Origin: Flavobacterium sp.
Lineage (GTDB): Bacteria; Bacteroidota; Bacteroidia; Flavobacteriales; Flavobacteriaceae
Direction: 5' to 3'
Assembly: GCA_021740105.1 (NCBI GenBank)
Contig: JAIPAM010000001.1
Location: 196,239-260,238, forward strand
Length of the DNA: 64,000 bases
The notes beneath the pieces were generated by a model that did not search any database, was not told the DNA's origin, and saw nothing but the letters and a program-made list of their open reading frames with translations. How positions within the stretch are numbered: the stretch's first letter is position 1; each line of letters opens with the position of its first letter. Shown here in pieces: positions 38,012 through 47,737 of this stretch. The position numbers and the translations under genes were made by a program.

Positions 38012-40786
38012 TTATCTAAATAAATCTTTATCAAATACCATTTTTATTGCATCGGCATGACGACGTTTTGCTCTTGTGTAACTTCCTGATGCTGGTGCAG
38101 CATAAGCTCGCAAAGAGGCCAACCTCCATTTTACCAAGTCGAAATTCATCAACATAAAGCTGTAAGCTCCCATGTTTCTTGGCTCTTCTTGCGCCCAAAC
38201 GTAATCGTCGGCATTTGGGTATTTGGCAATTATTTCTTTTAATTGTGCTACTGGCAATGGAAATAATTGTTCGATTCTAACAACTGCTACGTCATTTCGT
38301 CCATTATTTTCTCTCTCCGCAGTGATATCGTAATAGAATTTTCCAGTACAGAAAACCAATGTTTTTACGTCTTTCTTATTTTCGGTTTCGTCATCGATAG
38401 TTTCTTGAAAACACCCTTTTTCAAAATCTTCAATTGGAGAAACTACTCTTGGATCACGCAATAAACTTTTTGGTGAAAACACAATAAGCGGCTTGCGGAA
38501 AGTGGTTTTCATTTGTCTTCTCAACAAATGATAGAAATTGGCTGGCGTGGTACAATCGGCCACATACATGTTATTTCTAGCACAAAGTTGTAAATAACGT
38601 TCCATTCTAGCAGACGAGTGTTCTGCTCCTTGATTCTCATATCCGTGAGGCAATAAGAGTACAATTCCGTTTTGGTTGTTCCATTTATCTTCACCACAAG
38701 AAATGTATTGGTCCAACATGATTTGAGCTCCATTACTAAAATCTCCAAATTGTGCTTCCCAAATAGTAAGTGTTTTAGGACTTGCTAATGCATATCCATA
38801 ATCAAAACCTAAAACTCCGTATTCTGATAAAAGAGAATTGAAAACGTTGAAGTTTCCTTTTTTACCTTCGATGTGATTTAGTAAAATAACTTCTTCTTCA
38901 GAGTTCTCTACTTTAACAACCGCATGACGGTGAGAGAAAGTTCCGCGTTCCACATCTTGCCCTGAGATTCTAACATTATATCCTTCTTGTAAAAGCGAAC
39001 CATAAGCTAAATGTTCGGCCATAGCCCAATCTAACTTGTTGGTTTCGAAATACATGGTTTTTCTATCGTTGATTAGCTTTTGAATTTTACTAATAAACTT
39101 TTTATCTGAAGGTAAATTACAAACGGCATTGGCCACATTAGTAAGTCCTTTTTTATGGTAGGAAGTATCTACTTTTTCCAGCATTTGAACGTTGGTTACT
39201 TGTTCGAATCCCAACCATTCGTTTTGCATAAAAGGAGTAATTATGGTAAGATCTTTTTTACGAGATTTTTCTAAATTTACTTCTAATTTATCTTTGTAAG
39301 CCGCTTCTAAACTTTTGATGTAAGTGGCGTCAATTACCCCCTCTTCAATCAATTTTGCAGTATAAATATCTCTTGGATTTTTGTGACTTGCTATTGTTTT
39401 ATATAATAATGGCTGTGTAAATCTTGGTTCATCCCCTTCATTATGTCCGTATTTTCTATATCCTAATAAATCGATAAATACGTCACTTCCAAATTGCATT
39501 CTGTAATCCAAAGCGAATAACATGGCGTGAACCACCGCTTCTGTATCGTCCGCATTTACGTGCAATACCGGTGACAAAGTCACTTTTGCAACGTCTGTAC
39601 AATAGGTTGAAGAACGTGCATCTAAATAATTAGTAGTAAAACCAACTTGATTATTGATCACAATATGAATGGTTCCACCTGTTTTGTAACCGTCCAATTG
39701 CGCCATTTGAATAATTTCATAAACAATTCCTTGTCCAGCCACTGCCGCATCTCCGTGAACAGCGATTGGCAATACTTTTGAGAAATCATCTGGGAAATAT
39801 TTATCTTGTTTTGCTCTTGTTATTCCTTCAATTACTGCACCTACCGTTTCTAAATGCGAAGGATTTGGTGCTAAATTGATATTGATGTGTTTTCCTGTCC
39901 TTGTTTTTCTATCAGAGGTTAAACCCAAATGGTATTTAACATCTCCATCAAAATATTCTTGGTCGTAATCTTTTCCGTCAAATTCGGAGAAAATATCTTG
40001 GGTAGATTTTCCGAAGATGTTAGCTAAGATGTTCAAGCGACCACGGTGCGCCATTCCCATCACAAATTGTTCTACCCCTTTTTCAGCAGCAGCCTCAATC
40101 AAGGCATCTAAACCAGGGATTATTGACTCTCCTCCTTCTAATGAGAAACGTTTTTGTCCTACGTATTTGGTGTGTAAGAAATTTTCAAAAGAAACCGCTT
40201 CATTTAATTTATTTAAAATCACTTTTTTCTCGTCGGCAGAGAAAGTGGGTGTGTTATCATTAACTCCTAATTTTTCTTGAATCCACTGAATTACTTCTGG
40301 TTTTCTAATGTACATGTATTCCACACCAATGTGCTGACAATAAATTTTGTCTAAGTGTGCTATAATATCCGTTAAAGTACAAGGAGCAATGTAGATTAAT
40401 TTGGCTGCATCAAAAACAGTGTTTAAATCGGATTGGTTTAAACCAAAATTTTCAATTTCTAATGTTGGAGAATAGGTTCTTCTGTCTCGAACAGGGTTTG
40501 TTTGAGTAAACAAGTGCCCTCTTGTTCTGTAGGCTTCAATTAGTTTAAGTACTTGGAATTCTTTTTGAAGTTTTGCTGAAATAGTACTGTAATCTTGGCC
40601 TTCAGATGGAGTTGAAAAAGTTCCGTCTGTTGTGATTTCTCCGTTTGAGCTGCTGATTCCAAAGTCAAAACCTTGAAAAAAACTTCTCCATGATGGCTCC
40701 ACGCTATCAGGGTTTTCTAAATATTGATCGTATAATTGTGCGAAAAATTCGGTGTGTGCTGCATTTAAGAAGGAAAACCTATCCAT
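38012..40786 (-). CDS. sucA: 2-oxoglutarate dehydrogenase E1
   Basis: KRFSLEGGE, GMAHRGRLN, DVKYHLG, HGDAA, WEAQFGDF, LLPHGYE. Confidence 0.97.
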   Translation of the reverse strand: MDRFSFLNAAHTEFFAQLYDQYLENPDSVEPSWRSFFQGFDFGISSSNGEITTDGTFSTPSEGQDYSTISAKLQKEFQVLKLIEAYRTRGHLFTQTNPVRDRRTYSPTLEIENFGLNQSDLNTVFDAAKLIYIAPCTLTDIIAHLDKIYCQHIGVEYMYIRKPEVIQWIQEKLGVNDNTPTFSADEKKVILNKLNEAVSFENFLHTKYVGQKRFSLEGGESIIPGLDALIEAAAEKGVEQFVMGMAHRGRLNILANIFGKSTQDIFSEFDGKDYDQEYFDGDVKYHLGLTSDRKTRTGKHININLAPNPSHLETVGAVIEGITRAKQDKYFPDDFSKVLPIAVHGDAAVAGQGIVYEIIQMAQLDGYKTGGTIHIVINNQVGFTTNYLDARSSTYCTDVAKVTLSPVLHVNADDTEAVVHAMLFALDYRMQFGSDVFIDLLGYRKYGHNEGDEPRFTQPLLYKTIASHKNPRDIYTAKLIEEGVIDATYIKSLEAAYKDKLEVNLEKSRKKDLTIITPFMQNEWLGFEQVTNVQMLEKVDTSYHKKGLTNVANAVCNLPSDKKFISKIQKLINDRKTMYFETNKLDWAMAEHLAYGSLLQEGYNVRISGQDVERGTFSHRHAVVKVENSEEEVILLNHIEGKKGNFNVFNSLLSEYGVLGFDYGYALASPKTLTIWEAQFGDFSNGAQIMLDQYISCGEDKWNNQNGIVLLLPHGYENQGAEHSSARMERYLQLCARNNMYVADCTTPANFYHLLRRQMKTTFRKPLIVFSPKSLLRDPRVVSPIEDFEKGCFQETIDDETENKKDVKTLVFCTGKFYYDITAERENNGRNDVAVVRIEQLFPLPVAQLKEIIAKYPNADDYVWAQEEPRNMGAYSFMLMNFDLVKWRLASLRAYAAPASGSYTRAKRRHADAIKMVFDKDLFR

Positions 40787-40898
40787 AATTTTTGAATGTC
40801 CTGATTTGTAAAATTGTTACGCAAAAGTACAATAAATGAAATATAATATTAAATTATTTAGATACTTTTATCTTTTATTAACCAATTTTTTGAAATAC

Positions 40899-41450
40899 AT
40901 GAGAAAATCGAACTTTTTGATCGCTCCAAAAATGAATTTAATATTTATAATTATTTTATTTTCGAGCGCAGTACACTCTCAAACCTCAGAAAATAGTATA
41001 AAATCAACACCGACATTTTGGAAAAATGTACAATTTGGAGGTGGATTTGGATTGAACATTAGCTCCCAATTTACCGAAATCAATTTGGCTCCCGGAGCTA
41101 TTTATCGTTTAAACCCAAAAGTGGCTGTTGGAATGGGGCTTCAAGGAAGCTTTATTTCCTCAAAAAACGACTATTCTTCTTCAATTTATGGAATGAGTAT
41201 ACTCTTATTAATGAACCCTATCGAAGAATTCCAAATCTCAATTGAACTGGAACAATTAAGGGTAAATAGAAATATTGTTATGATTGACGGGCCCAATAAG
41301 GCCAACAATTTTTGGAACACTGGTTTGTTTTTAGGTGGCGGTTATGGCGCTGATAATGTTGTTGTGGGAATTCGATATAATTTACTATTTAAAGAATCTG
41401 ACTTTGTATATTCTAGCGCAATGATGCCATTTATTCGGGTTTATTTTTAA
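40899..41450 (+). CDS. Hypothetical outer-membrane beta-barrel protein
   Basis: Signal-like N-terminus, Gly/aromatic alternating strands, C-terminal PFIRVYF; start uncertain. Confidence 0.65.
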   Translation: MRKSNFLIAPKMNLIFIIILFSSAVHSQTSENSIKSTPTFWKNVQFGGGFGLNISSQFTEINLAPGAIYRLNPKVAVGMGLQGSFISSKNDYSSSIYGMSILLLMNPIEEFQISIELEQLRVNRNIVMIDGPNKANNFWNTGLFLGGGYGADNVVVGIRYNLLFKESDFVYSSAMMPFIRVYF

Positions 41451-41523
41451 AAACTACTCTAATTTGTTCATTTAAAATTTCCATTAATTTAATAATAAGA
41501 TTGTAACTTTGTTTAAAATTAAA

Positions 41524-42858
41524 ATGAAAATGAAAAAAATACTACTTCCCCTATTTTTGTTTCTATTCACTGTTTCGTTTTCACAAAGTAATATACTTCA
41601 ATCGGGCCCAATGGTGGGATATTGCGAAATGAAAGAAGCCATGATTTGGTTACAAACCACAAAAGAGACTTTAGTTAGAATTGACTATTATGCTATTGAC
41701 AATCCAAAAGAAAAATTTTCTTCGGATACTCAAAAATCCGAAAGCAGTAATGGATTTACTAATCATATTGTTTTAAATAAATTACAGCCTGGTAAACAAT
41801 ATCATTACGATGTTTTTCTTGATGGTAAAAAAGTTGTATTGCCATATGAAACTGCATTTTCATCAAAAAAATTATGGCTTTGGCGTGAAGATGCTCCCGA
41901 TTTTACGGTAGCTTTCGGAAGTTGCAATTACATTAATGAAGAGGCGGTTGATCGTCCAGGAAAAGGGTACGGTAGTGGTTATGAAATTTACGAAAGTATT
42001 CATGCTAAAAAACCTAATATCATGCTTTGGGGAGGCGACAATATCTATTTGCGTGAAGCGGATTGGGACAGTAAAACAGGGATTTACCACCGCTATACGC
42101 ACTCTAGATCTATCAAAGAATTACAACCTTTATTGGCAAGTACGCAAAATTTTGCCATATGGGATGATCATGATTTTGGACCAAACGATGGCGATCGAAG
42201 CTTTTATTTCAAATATGAAACTCAAAATGCATTTAAAAACTTTTGGGCAAATAAAACCTATGGAACTGATGCTAATCAAAAGGAAGGGATTTATTCTACT
42301 TTCAATTGGGGAGACGCTCAATTTTTCTTGCTTGACGACCGTTTTTTTAAATCGCCAAACGATCGCTTAACAGGTGAAAAAACCATAATTGGATCAACAC
42401 AATTCGAATGGTTAATTGACGCATTGTCAAGTTCGAAAGCTACTTTCAAAATTATCGTTATTGGGGGACAAGTTTTAAATCCATCAGCAAGATTTGAAAA
42501 TTATGAAAACTATCCTAAAGAGAAAGAAAAGTTACTCTCTGAAATTGAGGCTAATAAAATTAAAGGTGTTTTATTTCTTACCGGTGACCGTCATTTTTCT
42601 GAATTATCAAAACTAAATCGCGAAAATACCTATCCATTGTACGATTGGACGGTTTCACCATTAACCTCCGGAGTTGGAAATTCCTATAAAGATGATGTAA
42701 ATACAAACAGAGTAGAAGGTAGTTTATTTGCTCAAAACAATTTTGGGACCCTCTCTTTTTCAGGTAATAAAACCAACCGCCAACTAAAATTAACTTTGTT
42801 TGATGTTCAAGGTAAGGAACTTTGGAATAAAGTAATTACCAAAAAAGAATTGGAATAA
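41524..42858 (+). CDS. phoD: PhoD family alkaline phosphatase/phosphodiesterase
   Basis: QSGPMVG, AFGSCN, WGGDNIY, WDDHD, LLDDRF, TGDRH; -7 box TAACTTTG at 41504-41511. Confidence 0.88.
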   Translation: MKMKKILLPLFLFLFTVSFSQSNILQSGPMVGYCEMKEAMIWLQTTKETLVRIDYYAIDNPKEKFSSDTQKSESSNGFTNHIVLNKLQPGKQYHYDVFLDGKKVVLPYETAFSSKKLWLWREDAPDFTVAFGSCNYINEEAVDRPGKGYGSGYEIYESIHAKKPNIMLWGGDNIYLREADWDSKTGIYHRYTHSRSIKELQPLLASTQNFAIWDDHDFGPNDGDRSFYFKYETQNAFKNFWANKTYGTDANQKEGIYSTFNWGDAQFFLLDDRFFKSPNDRLTGEKTIIGSTQFEWLIDALSSSKATFKIIVIGGQVLNPSARFENYENYPKEKEKLLSEIEANKIKGVLFLTGDRHFSELSKLNRENTYPLYDWTVSPLTSGVGNSYKDDVNTNRVEGSLFAQNNFGTLSFSGNKTNRQLKLTLFDVQGKELWNKVITKKELE

Positions 42859-43908
42859 ATGATCGAAGATAAAAATCCACAAAGAACCAGTGTTTCACAA
42901 TTAGGCGAGTTTGGGCTTATTGACCACTTGACTAAAAACTTCAAAATAAATCATTCTTCTACACTAAAAGGAATTGGTGATGATGCCGCAGTTTTGGATT
43001 TTGCAGATAAAAAAATTGTCGTTTCTACAGATTTATTAATCGAAGGGGTTCATTTTGATTTGGCCTACATGCCTCTAAAACACTTGGGCTATAAAGCTGT
43101 GGTTGCTAATGTTTCTGATATTTGTGCGATGAATGCAAAGGCAACACAAATCACCGTTTCAGTTGCCGTTTCCAATAGATTTCCTCTAGAAGCATTGGAA
43201 GAATTATTTGACGGAATTACCGTTGCTTCACAAGAATACAATGTTGATGTTATTGGTGGCGACACCACTTCTTCACAAAAAGGATTGATCATTAGTATCA
43301 CTGCAATTGGCGAAGCTGATGAAAGTGAATTAGTATACAGAAATGGTGCTAAAGAAACTAATTTATTGGTGGTCTCAGGTGATATTGGCGCGGCCTACAT
43401 GGGATTACAAGTTTTAGAACGTGAAAAGCAAGTGTTTCAAGTGAACCCAAATTCACAACCGGATTTAGAAGCTTACACGTACTTAATTGAACGTCAATTG
43501 CGACCTGAAGCTCGAAAAGATATTCGCACTTTATTACATGCTTTGGAAATAAAACCAACGGCAATGATTGATATTTCGGATGGATTATCATCAGAGATTA
43601 TGCACATTTGTAAACAATCAAAAGTAGGTTGTAATTTATATGAAGATAAATTACCGCTCGATCCACAATTGATTAATGTGTGCGAAGAGTTTAACATTGA
43701 CGCTACAACAGTAGCCATCAATGGTGGTGAAGACTATGAATTGCTGTTTACCATTGCTATAGAAGATTTCGAAAAAATTAAAGGAAACCCAAATTTTACC
43801 ATCATTGGACACATGACTTCCGAAAGCGAAGGCGTTCATTTAGTTACCCGTGCGAATACTAAAATTCCTATGAAAGCTCGAGGTTGGGATTCTATTTCTG
43901 AAGAATAA
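42859..43908 (+). CDS. thiL: Thiamine-monophosphate kinase
   Basis: LGEFGLI, GIGDDAA, STDLLIEGVHF, NVSDICAM, GGDT, IDISDGL, GGEDYELLFT. Confidence 0.95.
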   Translation: MIEDKNPQRTSVSQLGEFGLIDHLTKNFKINHSSTLKGIGDDAAVLDFADKKIVVSTDLLIEGVHFDLAYMPLKHLGYKAVVANVSDICAMNAKATQITVSVAVSNRFPLEALEELFDGITVASQEYNVDVIGGDTTSSQKGLIISITAIGEADESELVYRNGAKETNLLVVSGDIGAAYMGLQVLEREKQVFQVNPNSQPDLEAYTYLIERQLRPEARKDIRTLLHALEIKPTAMIDISDGLSSEIMHICKQSKVGCNLYEDKLPLDPQLINVCEEFNIDATTVAINGGEDYELLFTIAIEDFEKIKGNPNFTIIGHMTSESEGVHLVTRANTKIPMKARGWDSISEE

Positions 43909-43920
43909 ATAAGATATTAG

Positions 43921-43951
43921 TCCTGACCATAACCGGTCGGGATTTTTTTTT
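43921..43951 (+). terminator. Terminator after thiL
   Basis: TCCTGACC-ataacc-GGTCGGGA plus long T-run. Confidence 0.7.
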
Positions 43952-44001
43952 GAAATTAAATTAATGTTAAATCTCATTTGTAGGTTTCAATACACAAAAC
44001 T

Positions 44002-44021
44002 ATATCGTAATATTGCGATAT
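44002..44021. promoter_or_regulatory. Candidate ArsR operator overlapping the arsR start codon
   Basis: Near-perfect palindrome ATATCGTAATATTGCGATAT. Confidence 0.65.
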
Positions 44022-44346
44022 GGGAATAACAAAAAAAATAGGTTTCTCTGAAGAAACGATTGAAATGTCAGAAACCCTGAAAGCATTTGGGCATCCTGCA
44101 CGTTTGGAAATCGTAAAATTTTTAATCAATTCTCCCACTTGTATTTGTGGAGACATTGTAGAATTCTTACCCTTATCGCAGTCTACAGTCTCTAAACATT
44201 TATCGGAATTAAAAAAAGCAGGAATAATTAAAGGCACTATATCGGGTAATTCTATTTGTTATTGTTTGAATGAAAGCACCCTACAAAAATTACAAAATTT
44301 TATCACAATTTTACAAACCAACAGCAGTTCTAAAGAATGTTGTTAA
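44020..44346 (+). CDS. arsR: ArsR/SmtB family transcriptional repressor
   Basis: KAFGHPARLEI, CICG, LSQSTVSKHLSELK; C-terminal ECC. Confidence 0.9.
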   Translation: MGITKKIGFSEETIEMSETLKAFGHPARLEIVKFLINSPTCICGDIVEFLPLSQSTVSKHLSELKKAGIIKGTISGNSICYCLNESTLQKLQNFITILQTNSSSKECC

Positions 44347-44357
44347 AATCAAACGTC

Positions 44358-44861
44358 ATGAACTGGAATGAATTTAAAACACAATTAGCCGAAAATCCTG
44401 GACTTCATTTGCAATTTGAATTTGCAAAAAATCAAAAAGTAAATCCTTCTTTTCATATCACGGAAATCAAACAAGCTAACATCACTGCTGTTGATTGTGG
44501 CGGAAAAATGAATGCCTGGACAGAAGTAATCGTCCAACTTTGGGAACCAAACAAAACAGAAATTGGCCGGTCCATGCAAGTTTCAAAAGCCATTTCAATT
44601 ATTGAACTAGTAGAAAACACCCTCCCATTAAACCCAAACAGTATCGTGAAAATTGAATTTGGAAATGATCTTTTTGAAACTCGCCAAATGCATCCTCAAG
44701 ATTTCGATATCATAAATGACGAAATAATCGTAAAATTAGTTGCCGACAAAACTCAATGCAAAGCAATTGGCAGAGGGGAATCGTGTGGAACTCCAAAACC
44801 AAAAGTAAAAATAAATGACATTCAAAACAGTTCTTGCTCGCCAGAATCGGGGTGTTGTTAA
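44358..44861 (+). CDS. DUF6428-like protein with Cys-rich tail
   Basis: FHITEIK, VDCGG, EVIVQLWE, terminal SCSPESGCC; typical ArsR neighbour in Bacteroidota (recalled). Confidence 0.75.
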   Translation: MNWNEFKTQLAENPGLHLQFEFAKNQKVNPSFHITEIKQANITAVDCGGKMNAWTEVIVQLWEPNKTEIGRSMQVSKAISIIELVENTLPLNPNSIVKIEFGNDLFETRQMHPQDFDIINDEIIVKLVADKTQCKAIGRGESCGTPKPKVKINDIQNSSCSPESGCC

Positions 44862-44873
44862 AATTTAATATAT

Positions 44874-44999
44874 ATGAAAGATGTAATTATAAAATATAAG
44901 AAACCTATAATTATCACCATTGGTCTCACGGCGTTAAATCTCTATTTTGGGTTTGACGCTCGGTTTACAATTATTAATTTATTATGGTTATTGGTATGA
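44874..44999 (+). CDS. Unannotated 41-aa small membrane protein
   Basis: MKDVIIKYKKPIIITIGLTALNLYFGFDARFTIINLLWLLV; fills the gap between operon genes; stop overlaps the arsC start (ATGA). Confidence 0.6.
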   Translation: MKDVIIKYKKPIIITIGLTALNLYFGFDARFTIINLLWLLV

Positions 45000-45415
45000 A
45001 AAAAATCTTAGTTCTTTGCACTGGAAATTCTTGCAGAAGTCAGATGGCACATGGGTATTTAGAACATTTTGGTAAAGATAGAGTACACGTTTATAGCGCT
45101 GGCGTTGAAATTCACGGACTCAATCCCTTTGCTGTTGGCATCCTATCCGAAGATGGAATTGACATTTCCAAAAACACCTCCAATCATGTGGATGAATATT
45201 CAAATATCGCTTTTGATTATGTAATTACGGTTTGTGACAATGCAAAAGAAGCTTGTCCGTTTTTCCCAACGCAAACAAAAACTATTCACCATAGTTTTGA
45301 AGATCCGTCAAAAGCATCAGGAACCGCTAAAGAATTGATTACTGAATTCCGAAAAGTGCGCGATGAAATTAAAGAATACTCGAAAGCCTTCATCGAAAAT
45401 TTAGACACAATTTAA
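44996..45415 (+). CDS. arsC: Arsenate reductase, LMW-PTP (thioredoxin-coupled) type
   Basis: CTGNSCRSQMA P-loop, VITVCD and EACP resolving cysteines, FEDP. Confidence 0.88.
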   Translation: MKKILVLCTGNSCRSQMAHGYLEHFGKDRVHVYSAGVEIHGLNPFAVGILSEDGIDISKNTSNHVDEYSNIAFDYVITVCDNAKEACPFFPTQTKTIHHSFEDPSKASGTAKELITEFRKVRDEIKEYSKAFIENLDTI

Positions 45416-45467
45416 CATTTTTGTTTTATAAAAAGAATTAGATTTGTTCGAATTAAAACAATTATTT

Positions 45468-46013
45468 ATGAAAAACATTCTAGTTATTATTGTATTATTT
45501 GCTACAGCCTTTGGATTTGCACAAGATAAAGACAAAGACAAATCTTCCGTTTTAAGTAGAAAACATGAGCTTAAGATTGGTGGGATTCACCTTCTTGGCG
45601 GACCCTTATTAGAAGGGACCTACGAATACATTTATTCAAAAGATTTTACCTATGGTACCTCAGTATTAATAAGTCTCGATGGTAAAACTGCTTATGATGA
45701 GGAATTTTCTGTGACTCCATTTGCACGGTTTTATTTTCAAGAAACCAAAGAATATGGTGCTCAAGGGTTTTTTGTTGAAGGATTTGCTAAATACCTTTCA
45801 GGTAAATACACCCCAGAAGTTTTTAATCTCTTTACATCTAATACACCTAAATCCTACTCTGCAGGCGCTTTAGGACTTTGCCTAGGTAAAAAATGGACCA
45901 ATTCTAGCGGGTTTGTGTTTGAAATTCTAGTTGGTGGAGGAAGAACAATTGGTGGAAGTGATCAACCGGACGGAATCTTTAGAGGAGATTTACTTATCGG
46001 TTACCGATTTTAA
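45468..46013 (+). CDS. Hypothetical outer-membrane beta-barrel protein (DUF3575-like)
   Basis: Signal peptide; TPFARFYF, GFFVEGF, GKKW, GFVFE, IGYRF; own -7 box TAGATTTG at 45439-45446. Confidence 0.72.
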   Translation: MKNILVIIVLFATAFGFAQDKDKDKSSVLSRKHELKIGGIHLLGGPLLEGTYEYIYSKDFTYGTSVLISLDGKTAYDEEFSVTPFARFYFQETKEYGAQGFFVEGFAKYLSGKYTPEVFNLFTSNTPKSYSAGALGLCLGKKWTNSSGFVFEILVGGGRTIGGSDQPDGIFRGDLLIGYRF

Positions 46014-46027
46014 ATAAGTTATATATT

Positions 46028-46062
46028 AAAAAAGGCGCTTCAATCTCGAAGCGCCTTTTTTT
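46028..46062. terminator. Bidirectional terminator
   Basis: AAAAAGGCGCTTC-aatctc-GAAGCGCCTTTTT. Confidence 0.82.
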
Positions 46063-46098
46063 ATTTCCAATTAAACAAATAATCGAGTGTCATTTTAC

Positions 46099-47640
46099 CT
46101 ACATTTTCATTAACCAATTTTTCATTGAAACTTCATTTTCAATAATTACTTTTAAATCGGTAATTTTCACGCGATCTTGTTTCATGGTGTCTCTGTGACG
46201 AATCGTTACCGTTTGGTCTTCAACTGTTTGATGGTCTACAGTAATACAAAATGGAGTTCCTAGCGCATCTTGTCTTCTGTAACGTCTTCCCACAGCATCT
46301 TTCTCATCATAGGAAACATTAAAATCCCACTTTAAATCGTCAATAATTTGATGTGCAATTTCAGGTAATCCGTCTTTTTTCACCAATGGGAAAATGGCTG
46401 CTTTCGTTGGCGCAAGTACTGATGGTAATTGTAAAACTGTTCTCACTGAACCGTCTTCTAAAGTTTCTTCTTTCAAAGAACTCGAGAAAATTGCTAAGAA
46501 CATTCTGTCTAATCCAACTGACGTTTCCACCACATACGGCGTATAATTCGCATTGGTTTCGGTATCAAAATACTGTAATTTCTTACCTGAAAATTTCTCG
46601 TGTGCTTTCAAGTCGAAATCGGTACGAGAGTGAATTCCTTCTAATTCTTTGAAACCAAAAGGAAAATTAAATTCTATATCTGCCGCCGCATTAGCATAAT
46701 GCGCTAATTTTTCATGATCGTGAAAACGATAATTTGCTGCTCCTAAACCTAGGGAAAGGTGCCAACTTAATCGAGTATTTTTCCAATGCTCGTACCACTT
46801 CATTTCATCGCCAGGTTTCACAAAAAACTGCATTTCCATTTGTTCAAATTCACGCATTCTAAAAATAAATTGTCTTGCAACGATTTCATTTCTAAACGCT
46901 TTACCTGTTTGAGCAATTCCAAAAGGAATTTTCATTCGCCCTGATTTTTGAACATTTAAAAAATTGACAAAAATTCCTTGAGCCGTTTCGGGACGCAAAT
47001 ACAAGTCCATTGCAGTATCTGCAGAAGCACCCAGTTTTGTTCCAAACATCAAGTTAAACTGACGTACTTCGGTCCAATTTCTAGATCCCGATTCTGGACA
47101 CGCAATTTCTAATTCTTCAATTAAAGCTTTTACATCATCAAGATCCTCATTCTCTAACGATCTTGCCATTCGAGCTAAAACTTCATTTTTCTTGGTCAAA
47201 TATTCAATCACTCTGGCATTTGTAGTAACAAATTCTTCGCGGTTAAAAGCATCTCCAAAACGAACACTCGCTTTCTCAATTTCCTTTTCTGCTTTTTGAT
47301 TCAACTTTTCAGCATAATCCTCTATCAAAACGTCTGCTCTATATCTTCTTTTGGAATCTTTGTTGTCAATTAATGGGTCGTTAAAAGCATCTACGTGGCC
47401 GGAAGCCTTCCAAGTAGTAGGATGCATCAATATGGCAGAATCAAGACCTACAATATTTTCGTTCATTTGCACCATCGATTTCCACCAATATTCTCTGATG
47501 TTTTTCTTTAATTCTACTCCGTTTTGAGCATAATCATACACTGCACTCAAACCGTCATAAATTTCGCTTGACGGAAAAATAAATCCGTATTCCTTCGCAT
47601 GCGAAACTACATTTTTAAATAAATCTTCTTGTTTTACCAT
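46099..47640 (-). CDS. glyQS: Glycine--tRNA ligase (homodimeric type)
   Basis: SSEIYDG, LRPETAQGIF, FRNEI, REFEQME, HYA, GRRYRRQD. Confidence 0.96.
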   Translation of the reverse strand: MVKQEDLFKNVVSHAKEYGFIFPSSEIYDGLSAVYDYAQNGVELKKNIREYWWKSMVQMNENIVGLDSAILMHPTTWKASGHVDAFNDPLIDNKDSKRRYRADVLIEDYAEKLNQKAEKEIEKASVRFGDAFNREEFVTTNARVIEYLTKKNEVLARMARSLENEDLDDVKALIEELEIACPESGSRNWTEVRQFNLMFGTKLGASADTAMDLYLRPETAQGIFVNFLNVQKSGRMKIPFGIAQTGKAFRNEIVARQFIFRMREFEQMEMQFFVKPGDEMKWYEHWKNTRLSWHLSLGLGAANYRFHDHEKLAHYANAAADIEFNFPFGFKELEGIHSRTDFDLKAHEKFSGKKLQYFDTETNANYTPYVVETSVGLDRMFLAIFSSSLKEETLEDGSVRTVLQLPSVLAPTKAAIFPLVKKDGLPEIAHQIIDDLKWDFNVSYDEKDAVGRRYRRQDALGTPFCITVDHQTVEDQTVTIRHRDTMKQDRVKITDLKVIIENEVSMKNWLMKM

Positions 47641-47737
47641 AATGATGCAAAAATATAAAAAGTGAAATTAATAAATGCATATAAAATGTACTTTGAACCT
47701 TACTTTTCGTTATTTTTATAGATAAATCTCAAATTAG

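Noticed and set aside
42859-43908. TPP or other riboswitch near thiL or the bio genes
   Set aside because: No leader space before thiL, and no recognisable aptamer consensus in the intergenic regions.
46099-47640. Eukaryote/archaea-like homodimeric GlyRS as horizontal transfer
   Set aside because: This is the normal GlyRS type in Bacteroidota.
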